Origin: Promethearchaeota archaeon
Lineage (GTDB): Archaea > Asgardarchaeota > Lokiarchaeia > Sigyniarchaeales > SOKP01
Assembly (NCBI GenBank): GCA_048938855.1
Contig: JBHLLT010000001.1
Coordinates: 96,001 to 160,000 of the forward strand
Direction of reading: 5' to 3'
DNA length: 64,000 nt
Shown: positions 49,186-59,558 of the stretch, in pieces
How the letters are laid out: every line of letters begins with the position of its first letter
How positions within the stretch are numbered: position 1 is the first letter of the stretch
Translations under genes and position numbers: made by a program
Notes under the pieces: generated by a model
Told to the model about the DNA's origin: nothing
Database searches by the model: none
What the model saw: only the letters and a program-made list of their open reading frames with translations

Positions 49186-50184
49186 TTATGATTTATTTAT
49201 TTTAGTTAAAATATATTTAGAAAGCTTCTCAATATTATAAAATTCAACTGGAGGAAGTATTGCAGCAAAAGCTGCAGCAAATAAGGCTATTTTTACTCCA
49301 TCCAAAATAGAAATTTCTGATGCAAATGATAATCCTAATGCAGCCATAATTACACTACCCACGGCTACATAACTTCTGACTGGTTGATTTAAAATGGGAC
49401 TAATTTTATTAACCATTTCAGTATCTTTAGAAAAAAGATAAGATTCTAATTCTAAATAATTTAATAAGAGATTTTTACATTTTGATGAGTTCAATATCCT
49501 CCTTCCCGCAATATTAACACTGGTTTCATTACAACAGTCAATTGAAAATGTATTTAAAGCTTTTTGAATATTCATCTTGATTAATTCTATATCTTCATAT
49601 AGATAATAATCAAATTTTGTAGGACGCGCGATGATAGGAATATTTTTAAAGTGTCCTTTTAAAAATCTCACCAATTTTTGAATATATAAATCTTTGAAAA
49701 TTCCTTCTAAACCATAATCTAAAATTAATATCGCTCCAACATCATTGGACTGATCAGATATGATATTGATAAATTTTTCTATCAAGGATTCAGAAATACC
49801 ATCATTGTAATTAGTTTCTAGTCGTAAAAGATGTTGATTCATAGCTTTTATTCGAGTTATTTGAGGTGTTCTTACCTTTTCATTCACCAAGATACCAGAG
49901 GTATTAATCTTTAACTCTTTCATTTTCTTCAAAAAAAATTGACCCTCAAAATCATCACCAATAATACTGCATGTATAAGGTATTCCACCTAAAGATTGAA
50001 TAAAGCGTAATACTAATCCAGTTGCACCAATATAAATGTTGGTTCTCTCTATTTTGACATTTGGAACAGGAGCATCTGGAGAAATACTATTTGTATACCC
50101 AAATATGTACTTATCAATTAATGCGTCTCCAATAACTAATATTTCTTTACCCTTCCATTTAGAAATCTCGTCTATAAGAGCCAT
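49186..50184 (-). CDS. HldE/RfaE-like heptose-7-phosphate kinase domain (PfkB fold), apparently degenerate
   Basis: VIGDALIDKYIFG..SISPDAPVP, RIKAMNQHLLRL, ILDYG; GAGD motif absent. Confidence 0.75.
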   Translation of the reverse strand: MALIDEISKWKGKEILVIGDALIDKYIFGYTNSISPDAPVPNVKIERTNIYIGATGLVLRFIQSLGGIPYTCSIIGDDFEGQFFLKKMKELKINTSGILVNEKVRTPQITRIKAMNQHLLRLETNYNDGISESLIEKFINIISDQSNDVGAILILDYGLEGIFKDLYIQKLVRFLKGHFKNIPIIARPTKFDYYLYEDIELIKMNIQKALNTFSIDCCNETSVNIAGRRILNSSKCKNLLLNYLELESYLFSKDTEMVNKISPILNQPVRSYVAVGSVIMAALGLSFASEISILDGVKIALFAAAFAAILPPVEFYNIEKLSKYILTKINKS

Positions 50185-50193
50185 TTTACTATT

Positions 50194-50850
50194 TTACTTT
50201 TTCAAATCTCCTTGTAATTTTTCCCAATCTTTAAGAAAGTCTTCCAATCCTTTATCTGTATTAGGGTGTTTGAACATTTTTTCAAGCACAGAAAATGGAA
50301 TTGTGGCAATGTGTGCTCCTATTTTAGCAGCTTCAATGACATGTCTAGTATTCCTCACAGAAGCTACTATTAATTCCGATTTAAAATCATATGCATTTAA
50401 AATATCCATAGATTCCCAGAGAAAATCAATTTCATTCTGACCATTATCCATAAGTCTACCTATAAAAGGACTTATATATGAAGCTCCTGCTTTAGCAGCA
50501 ATTAAAACTTGATTTTGGGAAAAAACAAGAGTGACGTTTGTTTTAATTCCTTCTGGTTCGAGTATTTTAACAGCTTTAATTCCATCCTTTGTAAAGGGAA
50601 TCTTTACTACAATATTTTGAGCGATTTTAGATAATTCACGAGCCTCTTTAACCATTTCTTCAGTTGTTAGACCTATGACTTCTCCGCTAACAGGTCCATC
50701 AACAATTTCACAAATTTTTCTTAATTGTTCAACAGGTTCAGCTCCTTCTTTAGCTAAAAGAGTAGGATTTGTAGTAACCCCATCAATTATCCCTAATTCT
50801 TGCATTTCTTTTATCTGGTCTAAATTCGCAGTATCAATAAAAAATTTCAA
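50194..50850 (-). CDS. tal: Transaldolase (short TalC/Fsa family)
   Basis: FFIDTAN, GVTTNPT, SGEV, VVKIP, SPFIGR (the Glu/Phe pair indicates transaldolase). Confidence 0.9.
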   Translation of the reverse strand: MKFFIDTANLDQIKEMQELGIIDGVTTNPTLLAKEGAEPVEQLRKICEIVDGPVSGEVIGLTTEEMVKEARELSKIAQNIVVKIPFTKDGIKAVKILEPEGIKTNVTLVFSQNQVLIAAKAGASYISPFIGRLMDNGQNEIDFLWESMDILNAYDFKSELIVASVRNTRHVIEAAKIGAHIATIPFSVLEKMFKHPNTDKGLEDFLKDWEKLQGDLKK

Positions 50851-50894
50851 AATGTTTCACGAGTGTTTTTAATTGATTATAATAATAATTTGTT

Positions 50895-51437
50895 TTATAT
50901 ATTTATAGCAAATTCTTTTAAATTTTTAAATATCATGTCTGGTGCTATTGCACCAATTTTTTTTTTTTCTTTCTTTCCATATCCCGTTAAAACCAGAACT
51001 GTTCTGCAATTTGCGGCTTTACCAGTTTGAATATCATTTATTGTGTCGCCAACCATATATGATTCACTTAAGTCAATTTTATATTTAGACTGTGCCTTTA
51101 AAATCATTCCTGGATTTGGCTTCCTACAATCACATGAGCCAGTAAATTTGGGATGGTGCGGACAATAATAAATATCATCTAATTGCACATTATTTTTTTT
51201 TAATATATTTTCCATCTTTTCATGAATAGCTGAAAGCGTTTCTTTAGTAAAAAAGCCCCTCGCTATACCTGCTTGATTTGTTATAATTATTAAAAGAAAG
51301 CCCTTCAGTTTAAGAATTTTTAAAGCCTTAATTGATCCTTTAATAAATTTAAAATCTTTTGGATCTGAGAGATATTTAACTTCTTTATTTATAACACCAT
51401 CCCGATCTAAAAATATTGCCTTATTTTGGCTAGTCAT
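50895..51437 (-). CDS. gmhB: D-glycero-D-manno-heptose 1,7-bisphosphate phosphatase
   Basis: FLDRDGVIN, TNQAGIARG, CPHHP..CDCRKP, MVGD; likely start MTSQ at 51437. Confidence 0.9.
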   Translation of the reverse strand: MTSQNKAIFLDRDGVINKEVKYLSDPKDFKFIKGSIKALKILKLKGFLLIIITNQAGIARGFFTKETLSAIHEKMENILKKNNVQLDDIYYCPHHPKFTGSCDCRKPNPGMILKAQSKYKIDLSESYMVGDTINDIQTGKAANCRTVLVLTGYGKKEKKKIGAIAPDMIFKNLKEFAINI

Positions 51438-52065
51438 TAAGATCAGATTCTTTAAGTAATTTAATAATTTTATTGGGATTTTTAGCATGCAGAATAGTAC
51501 TCGAGCTAGATAAAATATCTGTATTTTTTAACAATTTTGCGTTTGATAGATTAATCCCACCATCCACATCAATAAGAAATTCATATTTTCTTTTATATTC
51601 AGCTAACTCATTTATTTTATTTACAGTGCTTGGTATAAATTTTTGACCTGACCAACCAGGATTAACACTCATTACTAGGACAAAATCGATTTTATCTAGA
51701 TATGGTACAATCTCAGTAATAAGAGTCTCTGGTTTTATAGCAAAACCAACTTTCTTATTTTTCTTTCTAACTTCTTCTATAATTAATGCTTTATTGTCAA
51801 GAATTTCAAAATGGAATAAAAAAACGTCAATAAAGTTAATAATTTTTTTAATATAATCAATCGGATTTATAACCATCAAATGAGCTATTATGGGAATGTT
51901 ATAAATTCCTTTTAAAGTTTTAAAAACATCTAAATTATTATTTGTATTATTTACAAATTTACCGTCCATAATATCTACATGAATGTAGTCTAAACCTTCT
52001 ATTCCTTTTAATATATCTACATTGAAGTTTTTTGTTGCATGAATAGAAACTGCGACTTTTTTCAT
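51430..52065 (-). CDS. rpe: Ribulose-phosphate 3-epimerase
   Basis: HVDIMDG, HLMV, MSVNPGWSGQKF, VDGGIN. Confidence 0.92.
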   Translation of the reverse strand: MKKVAVSIHATKNFNVDILKGIEGLDYIHVDIMDGKFVNNTNNNLDVFKTLKGIYNIPIIAHLMVINPIDYIKKIINFIDVFLFHFEILDNKALIIEEVRKKNKKVGFAIKPETLITEIVPYLDKIDFVLVMSVNPGWSGQKFIPSTVNKINELAEYKRKYEFLIDVDGGINLSNAKLLKNTDILSSSSTILHAKNPNKIIKLLKESDLND

Positions 52066-52075
52066 GAAGTACCAA

Positions 52076-52642
52076 TTATCCAAAAAGTTCTTTTTCAACT
52101 AAATAACAAATAATATGTCCAACGGTTATATGTCCTTCTTGAATTCTCGGCGTATCGGTTGAGGGTATCTTTAAACAAATATCTGTAATATCTTCAACTT
52201 TGCTTGGTTTTTGCCCAGTAAAACCCACAGTTATAGCGCCTTTTTCTTTAGCTTTTATCAAACCTTTTATTACATTAGGAGAGTTCCCAGATGTGCTAAT
52301 TCCAATTACTATATCTCCATTTTCTACAAATGAGGCAACTTGTCTCTCAAAAACTAAATCATAGCCAAAATCATTAGCTGTAGCAGTAACAACAGATGTA
52401 TTAGTGTGGAATGCAAGTGCGGGGAGAGAATCTCTATCTTTATAGAATTTCCCAACGAATTCAGCAGCTATATGCTGCGCATCTGCAGCACTTCCACCAT
52501 TACCGAAAAGGATCACTTTTTTCTTATTCTTATAGGCATTTATGATTTTCTTAGATATATTTGCTATAATCGGTGTTAGATTCTTAATGCTTTTTATAAC
52601 TTTAGTATTTTCATCTAAAATTAAGTTTATTTTATTTTCCAT
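52076..52642 (-). CDS. gmhA: Sedoheptulose-7-phosphate isomerase
   Basis: GNGGSAADAQHIAAEF, ANDFG, ISTSGNS, TPRIQEGH. Confidence 0.95.
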   Translation of the reverse strand: MENKINLILDENTKVIKSIKNLTPIIANISKKIINAYKNKKKVILFGNGGSAADAQHIAAEFVGKFYKDRDSLPALAFHTNTSVVTATANDFGYDLVFERQVASFVENGDIVIGISTSGNSPNVIKGLIKAKEKGAITVGFTGQKPSKVEDITDICLKIPSTDTPRIQEGHITVGHIICYLVEKELFG

Positions 52643-52673
52643 TATCTCATCTTTTTTAGTATATTATTCATAA

Positions 52674-53684
52674 TTATTTAATTTCCCAAACTTCAAGACC
52701 CCTTGGATTAAAGTGAAAATTGACAATTTTGCCACCAATTTTTTCTAACTCCTGAATTACTTTATATTTTTGATTGGGTTCAGAAAATAGTAATAAATGG
52801 CCTCCACCTCCAGCACCTAATAGTTTTCCACCCAAAACACCGAATTTTCTTGAAGTTAAATAAAAATTTTCTATTGCTTTATTTGATATTTTACTGCTTA
52901 AGCTTTTTTTAGCTAACCAACCTTTATGTAAGAGTTCTCCAAATTCATTTAACATTTTTAGATTATTAGATTCGATAATACTTCTCATCGAATAAGCAAC
53001 TTCTTTTAGGTCTTCCATCGCTTCAATATACGACTTCTTTTCGATTTTATATCCTTTCAAAACCTCATCTTGTATCTCAGAAGAAAAATGAGAACCCCCT
53101 ATATAACATAATATTAACCGAAATTGGAGCTCATTGATCATTTCTTGACTTGTGTTTATTGGAATTAAATTCACCTTATCAGTGAATTCTATAAAATTAA
53201 AGCCTCCATAAACCGCAGCAAATTGATCTTGATATCCTCCTTTCTGTTTTAATTCAATTCGTTCAATATCGTATACTTTTTGGGCAATATCATATTTCGA
53301 AAATCCTAAATTATAATATTTATTTAAAGCACCAATTAATGCAACTGACAATGAAGAAGATCCCCCCATTCCAGAACCTGCAGGAAGTTCTGAATGTACA
53401 ATAATATTTAATCCCTCTTCTATTTTTAAAACATTAATTATACCTTTAAATAATTCAAAATCAGTTGAATAATCTCTATCTCCTATTTTAAACTCAAATT
53501 CTTTATTGAAAGCTGTTGAAAAAATATGAATCTTATTGTCCTTTCTTGGTTTTAAAGTGATGTATACATGGCGATCAATAGTTGTACTTATAACACATCC
53601 ACCATGTTCAACACAATATGGAGCCATATCAGTACCACCTCCACCAAAACTCACTCTAAATGGTGCCTTTGAACGTAATATCAT
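52674..53684 (-). CDS. hddA: D-glycero-alpha-D-manno-heptose 7-phosphate kinase (GHMP family)
   Basis: APFRVSFGGGGTD, PAGSGMGGSS, GGYQDQFAAVYGGFN, GGKLLGAGGGG. Confidence 0.88.
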   Translation of the reverse strand: MILRSKAPFRVSFGGGGTDMAPYCVEHGGCVISTTIDRHVYITLKPRKDNKIHIFSTAFNKEFEFKIGDRDYSTDFELFKGIINVLKIEEGLNIIVHSELPAGSGMGGSSSLSVALIGALNKYYNLGFSKYDIAQKVYDIERIELKQKGGYQDQFAAVYGGFNFIEFTDKVNLIPINTSQEMINELQFRLILCYIGGSHFSSEIQDEVLKGYKIEKKSYIEAMEDLKEVAYSMRSIIESNNLKMLNEFGELLHKGWLAKKSLSSKISNKAIENFYLTSRKFGVLGGKLLGAGGGGHLLLFSEPNQKYKVIQELEKIGGKIVNFHFNPRGLEVWEIK

Positions 53685-53872
53685 ATAAAGCACTTTTTTT
53701 GGAATTGTAAAATACAATCAAATTTGTTCATGTTAAATCATTAAAAAATTTGATTATGAATTCACATAATTAATCAAATTTCTAATTCATTTCTAATAAG
53801 TTATCATATTCTTTAATTTAAATAATAACTTAAGTACTATTGAAATATCAAAACTAATCTTAAATAAATGAT

Positions 53873-55006
53873 ATGACTAAAAAAGTATTAGTGACGGGTG
53901 GAGCTGGTTTTATTGGTTCCCATTTGGTGGATGATTTAATCAAACAAAAAGGGCATGAAGTGACTATTGTTGATACTTTAGAAGAACAGGTTCATGGAAA
54001 ATTAACACATCCTCCAAACTATCTTAATAAAGATGCTAAATTTTATCGTAGTTCTGTAACTGATTATAAAACGTTAGAAGATTTAGTACGAGATACTGAC
54101 ATCATTTTTCATTTAGCAGCTAAGGTAGGAGTTGGACAATCAATGTATAAAATTAAAGAATATATCAACAATAACATACTAGGATTGGGGAATTTACTTG
54201 ATATTTTAATCAATAGTACACATAATGTGAAAAAAGTTATTTTAGCATCATCTAACACTGTTTATGGAGAAGGAAAATCAGTTTGTGATAAATGTGGGAT
54301 AATATTTCCAGAATTAAGAACAATAAGTCAATTAAAACGCCAGATTTGGGATTTAAAATGCCCTAATTGCGGATTAGTTGTAAAACCTCTTTTAACAGGA
54401 GAAAATTCGTCATTAAATCCTAGTTCGATTTATGCATACACGAAATTAGCTCAAGAAAAGATTGGCTTAATGATTGCAAACACTTATGGAATTAAAATGT
54501 CTGTTTTAAGATTTTTTTTAGTGTATGGTCCTAGACAAGCACTTTCAAATCCATACACGGGAGTGTGTTCTATATTTTGCACTAGAGCTCTTAATGGAAA
54601 ACCTCCCATAATATTCGAAGATGGAAAACAAACTCGAGACTTTGTGAATGTAAGAGATGTTTGTCATGCTTTAGTTCTGGCCATGGAAAAAGCTGAAACT
54701 AATGGTGAAATTTTTAATGTTGGTACAGGTGTACCAATGACAATAGCAGAAGTAGCAGAGATTATTACTAAAAAAATTAACCCAAATTTAAAACCAATAT
54801 ACAATCTTAATTATAGAATTGGTGATATCCGACATTGTGTTGCTGATATTTCTAAAATAAAGGAAAAACTAGGATTTTCACCAATGGTAAGTTTTAGAGA
54901 AGGGATAGATAATTTAATAAATTGGGTGAAGTCTCAAAAAAAAGATATAATAAAACCTTCGGATATTGCTATACAAGAATTAAAAGAAAAAGGATTATTA
55001 AAATAA
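53873..55006 (+). CDS. NAD-dependent epimerase/dehydratase with Zn-finger insertion
   Basis: GGAGFIG, AAKVGVGQSMY, CDKC..CPNC insert, YAYTK, GPRQALSNPYTGV. Confidence 0.88.
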   Translation: MTKKVLVTGGAGFIGSHLVDDLIKQKGHEVTIVDTLEEQVHGKLTHPPNYLNKDAKFYRSSVTDYKTLEDLVRDTDIIFHLAAKVGVGQSMYKIKEYINNNILGLGNLLDILINSTHNVKKVILASSNTVYGEGKSVCDKCGIIFPELRTISQLKRQIWDLKCPNCGLVVKPLLTGENSSLNPSSIYAYTKLAQEKIGLMIANTYGIKMSVLRFFLVYGPRQALSNPYTGVCSIFCTRALNGKPPIIFEDGKQTRDFVNVRDVCHALVLAMEKAETNGEIFNVGTGVPMTIAEVAEIITKKINPNLKPIYNLNYRIGDIRHCVADISKIKEKLGFSPMVSFREGIDNLINWVKSQKKDIIKPSDIAIQELKEKGLLK

Positions 55007-55039
55007 ATCATAATCTAATTTTTTAACTTATAGTTTAAT

Positions 55040-56104
55040 ATGGAAAAAATTCTTATTTCTGGAGCCAATGGTTTTTTAGGATCACATTTAATTGATTTTG
55101 CCATTAATCAAGGCAAAATGGTATATGGGATCGATCTTCCTGATCGTCCTCGATACAACTTAGCACATTACACTGAAGGAAAGATTCGCTTTACTTTAAA
55201 AGAGAAATTGAAAGCATTTGAAGATTTTATTCAAATTCCAACATCCAACAAAGCTTTTATTTTTCTTGAATGTAACCTAAATAATGCAGAATTGTTAGAA
55301 AAAATACTCCTAAAATTTAAACCAAGATATGTTTTTCATTTTGGAGCTCAGCCATTAGTTATTCCTTCATGGAAAGATCCTGTAGGGACTATTGAAACAA
55401 ATGTTATAGGAACTATTAATCTTTTTGAGATAATTAAAAAACACAAAATAAATAGTAGAGTGATAACTGCTTGTACAAGTGCTGAATATGGATCCAGCAC
55501 TGCATTTAACCGACCGTTAAGAGAAACTGATCCATTATTAGCAATACATCCCTATGGTATTAGTAAAATAGCCGCTGAATTACTTGCTCGTCAATATTAT
55601 ATTAATTTTGGAATTGAAATTATAAATCTCAGGTTTTTTAACCAAACAGGTCCTAGAAAAAAAGGAGATGCATGTGCTGATTTCATGAGCAAAATCGCAA
55701 AAATTGAATTAGGATTATCAGAACCAGTAATCGAGGTTGGAAATTTAAATGCATATCGTGATTTTACGGGAATAAAGGATTCACTTAAAGCAATTTGGAA
55801 AGCAGCAACAAACGGTAAACCTGGAGAGACATATAACGTCTGTTCAGGTAGAAAAATTCAAATAAGACAAATTTTAAAAATTGCATTAAGTTTTTCATCG
55901 AAAGATATTAAGGTTATAGAGAATGTACCTCAAAAATTAAGAAAAACCGATGAGGATATTATCATCGGAGATAACTCTAAAATAAAAAATGAGCTAGGAT
56001 GGGATATTTCAATTCCTATTGAGGAAACCCTAAAAGATATGTTTGATTATTGGATAAATTATTACAAGAAATATGGAATAGAAGAACAGCCCATAAGTAA
56101 ATGA
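55040..56104 (+). CDS. GDP-sugar dehydratase/reductase-family SDR (Gmd/Rmd-like)
   Basis: GANGFLGSHL, FHFGAQP, TSAEYG, PYGISK, FFNQTGPR, VGNL..RDF. Confidence 0.82.
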   Translation: MEKILISGANGFLGSHLIDFAINQGKMVYGIDLPDRPRYNLAHYTEGKIRFTLKEKLKAFEDFIQIPTSNKAFIFLECNLNNAELLEKILLKFKPRYVFHFGAQPLVIPSWKDPVGTIETNVIGTINLFEIIKKHKINSRVITACTSAEYGSSTAFNRPLRETDPLLAIHPYGISKIAAELLARQYYINFGIEIINLRFFNQTGPRKKGDACADFMSKIAKIELGLSEPVIEVGNLNAYRDFTGIKDSLKAIWKAATNGKPGETYNVCSGRKIQIRQILKIALSFSSKDIKVIENVPQKLRKTDEDIIIGDNSKIKNELGWDISIPIEETLKDMFDYWINYYKKYGIEEQPISK

Positions 56105-56106
56105 TT

Positions 56107-59100
56107 TTATTTTCTTCTAAAATTAAACTTAATTTTTTTAATTTTTTCTCTAGTTATTCTAGATTTACAATGTGGACATTCAATTTCAGAACCCTTCTTT
56201 AATTTTGATATTATATTATCTTTTAAGGCAGCAGAACAATCTTTATTTGGACATATATTTAAAATACCAGATATAAGATTTTTCTCTTCAGAAAAATCTT
56301 TAGATAGAATCTCAAGATCTTCAATATTAATTTTTTCTGTGATTGTGTTTTGATTTCTATCCAGAAACTCCTTCAAATAGTTCGATTCTGTGCCAATTCT
56401 TAATACTATCTTTTCATCAACCTTATATCCATGCTTTTTGCGGATGAATTGTATATTTCTAATTAAATCATTTACCACTCGCTCAGCTAATATAGAATCA
56501 TCAACAGATATATCTAGATAAACATTACAGAATTTAGATTCCGCTTTAATTAAATGGTCGGATGGCTTAATTGAATTGACAATTTCCAATTCTTTTACAT
56601 TCCCAATTTTCTTAATAATTTCAGGAAATTCCAGTTTTGGCATATCTTTTTTTGCTTCTAATATGATTTTTTTATTTGGCCACCTTAATCTAATTCTGTT
56701 TTCATCTTTTATAGCTCTCACAATTTCTATTAATTCTCGTGTAAAATGCATTTGTTGTTCTAATTCTTCTTGTATTAATTTTTCATCATATTTTGGCCAA
56801 TCTTGTAAATGAATACTTTCTGATTCTTCAAAACCAATTGATTTTAAGTGTGATTTGAACATTTTGAGAAAAATCTCTTCACTTATCATAGGATTAATCG
56901 GCGCTAATAATAAAAGAACTTTATATAACACATGGTAAAGAACTTCCATTATTAATAATTTATTTGGATCTTCTGAATAAATATCAAGTTTTTCCCGGTT
57001 TAGCATTATATACCATCTGCTAATGTCATTTACAATTAGATCCCTTAACTCCTCTGTAATCCATGGAAGTTGATATTCATCTGATAATTGTGTTATTTTC
57101 TTAATTGTAGAATTTAGTCTTGAAATAATCCATTTATCTAATTTACCAATCCTTTTTAGATCCAATCTATTCTTTGAAGGATTAAAATCAGCCAATTTAA
57201 ACTTTTCATTTGCGTATACATAGACATTCCATATTGTATTAATAATTTTATAGGTGTCGGTATATTCTTTAAGATTAAAATTGAAATCTCGGCCAGGTTG
57301 AGTTACGCCTATACAATAAAAGCGAAAAGTCTCAGCTCCTTTAATATCAGAATAAGATTTCTTTTTTTGCAATTCTGGAACTGTACCTTCTATAAGATCT
57401 TCAGGATTTATAACAGTACCCTTCGATTTACTCATTTTAGCTTTTTCCATTAACACCCAACCATGCATATAGCATGCATTATAATTCTTGCGACCTGAGG
57501 ATACCATTGCACTATTTAATAAACTATTAAACCATCCCCTAATTTGATCTTTTCCTTCTATTATGAAATCTGCTGGTACCCAAGTGTCATAATGACTCTT
57601 ACCATCATAAATTTCTTGAGCTGCCCACATAACTGAACCAGAATCTAACCATACATCTAGAATATCTGGTATTCTTCTCATTGTGCCTTTATTACAATCC
57701 TTACAATTCCAAGTAACTTGATCAATCCAAGGTCTATGTAAATCCTCAGGGCATTCTCCTGCAATTTCTTTTAATTCTTGACTGGAACCAATTACTTTAA
57801 CTTTTTTACAATCTTCATTATCACATATCCAAACACTTAAGGGAATACCCCAAAAGCGTTGCCTAGATATACACCAATCCTTTAAGGTTGTTAACCAACT
57901 TTTAAACCATCTGTTTCCTGCCCAATCCGGTATCCAATAGATTTCTTCATTTTTTTCAAGTAATTTTGGAATTAAACTTTCGGTTTTAAAGAACCATTGA
58001 TTTGTAGCTCTATAAACTAATTTTGAATCACACCTCCAACAATGTGCATATTCATGTTCGATTTCACGGGTTAAAATCAGCATTCCCTTTTCTTTTAATA
58101 ATTCTAATATTTTTTTATTGGCATCAAAAACATACATCCCTTCAAATTTTCCTGCTTCCTTCTTATATACACCTCTAATGTTAACAGGGTTAAAGATGGG
58201 TATATTATTAGCAACCCCGACTTCGAAATCTTCAGGACCATGTCCTGGAGCTGTATGTACTAAGCCGACTCCCTCTGATGCTGAGACATATTCTTCCGAA
58301 AGTATTATAGAATGAATTTTTTCACTTTGTTTTGCTAATTCTCGTTGGAAGGGAACTTCATCCAATAAAGGATGTATATATTTTTTACCTTCTAATTCTT
58401 CTCCATAGAAATCTTCCACAATTTTATATTTATATCCTAATTCTCCAGAAATTAGGTGTGTTATTGAATTTTTTGATAATATCCAATATTCTTTTAAATC
58501 TTCAATATATACTTTAGCATATTCAGCAACAGGATTTACCATTATAGCAGAGTTAGCAACTAATGTCCAAGGAGTAGTAGTCCAAATAATATAATAAGTA
58601 TCATCCATATCTTCTGATTTAATTTTTAAGAATAAACTTGTATCCTTAATATTTTTATATTCATGCTCATGTTTCGCTAAAGCAGTTGCACATCGAGGAC
58701 AACAATTCAAAGGTCGATAAAACCTATATAATAAATCATTTTCCCAAGCTTTCTTTAAAGTCCACCAAATTCCTTCAATATAACTATTTTTAAACGTTAT
58801 GTAAGGATTATCCCAATCCCAAAAATAACAGCCTAATCTTTTAAATTGGTCGTTCATTATTGCTAGATTTTTTAAAGCGAATTCTTTACAATTCACAATA
58901 AATCTATCCATCCCGTATTTTTGGATTTCTTGCTTGTTTTTGATTCCTAATTCTTTTTCCATTTGAACTTCAATAGGTAATCCATGAGTATCATAACCAG
59001 GAGTATCGGTAACTTTAAAACCTTTCATCCGTTTATATTTTATTAAATAATCTTTTAGTATTTTATTCCATGCTGTTCCTAGATGAATAGAACCAGTAGT

Positions 59101-59253
59101 ATAAGGAGGCCCGTCAATAAATCGCCATGTTTTCTTACCCGCTTCTTTTTTTCTAATTAAGGAATAAATATCTTCTTTATTCCAGAATTGCAATATATTT
59201 TCTTCTAAATCTGTTAAATTGAGCTTTTTATTCAATTCTTCCACGAAAATCAT
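56107..59253 (-). CDS. ileS: Isoleucyl-tRNA synthetase (archaeal/eukaryotic type)
   Basis: DGPPYTTGSIHLGT, GYDTHGLPIE, WTTTPWTL, GLVHTAPGHG, DWCISRQRFWG, KMSKS. Confidence 0.97.
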   Translation of the reverse strand: MIFVEELNKKLNLTDLEENILQFWNKEDIYSLIRKKEAGKKTWRFIDGPPYTTGSIHLGTAWNKILKDYLIKYKRMKGFKVTDTPGYDTHGLPIEVQMEKELGIKNKQEIQKYGMDRFIVNCKEFALKNLAIMNDQFKRLGCYFWDWDNPYITFKNSYIEGIWWTLKKAWENDLLYRFYRPLNCCPRCATALAKHEHEYKNIKDTSLFLKIKSEDMDDTYYIIWTTTPWTLVANSAIMVNPVAEYAKVYIEDLKEYWILSKNSITHLISGELGYKYKIVEDFYGEELEGKKYIHPLLDEVPFQRELAKQSEKIHSIILSEEYVSASEGVGLVHTAPGHGPEDFEVGVANNIPIFNPVNIRGVYKKEAGKFEGMYVFDANKKILELLKEKGMLILTREIEHEYAHCWRCDSKLVYRATNQWFFKTESLIPKLLEKNEEIYWIPDWAGNRWFKSWLTTLKDWCISRQRFWGIPLSVWICDNEDCKKVKVIGSSQELKEIAGECPEDLHRPWIDQVTWNCKDCNKGTMRRIPDILDVWLDSGSVMWAAQEIYDGKSHYDTWVPADFIIEGKDQIRGWFNSLLNSAMVSSGRKNYNACYMHGWVLMEKAKMSKSKGTVINPEDLIEGTVPELQKKKSYSDIKGAETFRFYCIGVTQPGRDFNFNLKEYTDTYKIINTIWNVYVYANEKFKLADFNPSKNRLDLKRIGKLDKWIISRLNSTIKKITQLSDEYQLPWITEELRDLIVNDISRWYIMLNREKLDIYSEDPNKLLIMEVLYHVLYKVLLLLAPINPMISEEIFLKMFKSHLKSIGFEESESIHLQDWPKYDEKLIQEELEQQMHFTRELIEIVRAIKDENRIRLRWPNKKIILEAKKDMPKLEFPEIIKKIGNVKELEIVNSIKPSDHLIKAESKFCNVYLDISVDDSILAERVVNDLIRNIQFIRKKHGYKVDEKIVLRIGTESNYLKEFLDRNQNTITEKINIEDLEILSKDFSEEKNLISGILNICPNKDCSAALKDNIISKLKKGSEIECPHCKSRITREKIKKIKFNFRRK

Positions 59254-59558
59254 CTAATGAAAATGTGAATGTATATATTAAGAAGCTCAAATTAAAAAAT
59301 TTAATTAATTCATCTAAAAACTTATATATGGAGACTTTAAATTTAACAATAATATAGAATCTTTCAATAGAATGCTCTATTTTTAAATTGGGCATTATTA
59401 TAAATCAGATTTTCAATAAATATAATGATTTTTTAGTTCTCTTGATTAATTCAAAATTCGAATCATAATCTGTTCAGTTTAATTCTACTAAAATTAATCA
59501 AAGAGAACTCTCAATTTTTGAAAACAAATAATAAATCAAAAGAATATAAAGCTTCTTT

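Noticed and set aside
50194-50850. Fructose-6-phosphate aldolase
   Set aside because: It has Glu (SGEV) and Phe (SPFIGR), typical of transaldolase, rather than the Gln/Tyr of FSA.
50895-51437. Histidinol-phosphatase
   Set aside because: Same family, but its position beside gmhA and hddA supports GmhB.
1849-58517. Short ORFs of 60-144 aa antisense to or nested within long genes (e.g. 1849, 5886, 12343, 46782, 50036, 58118)
   Set aside because: They overlap well-supported genes and have no recognisable motifs; they are shadow ORFs.
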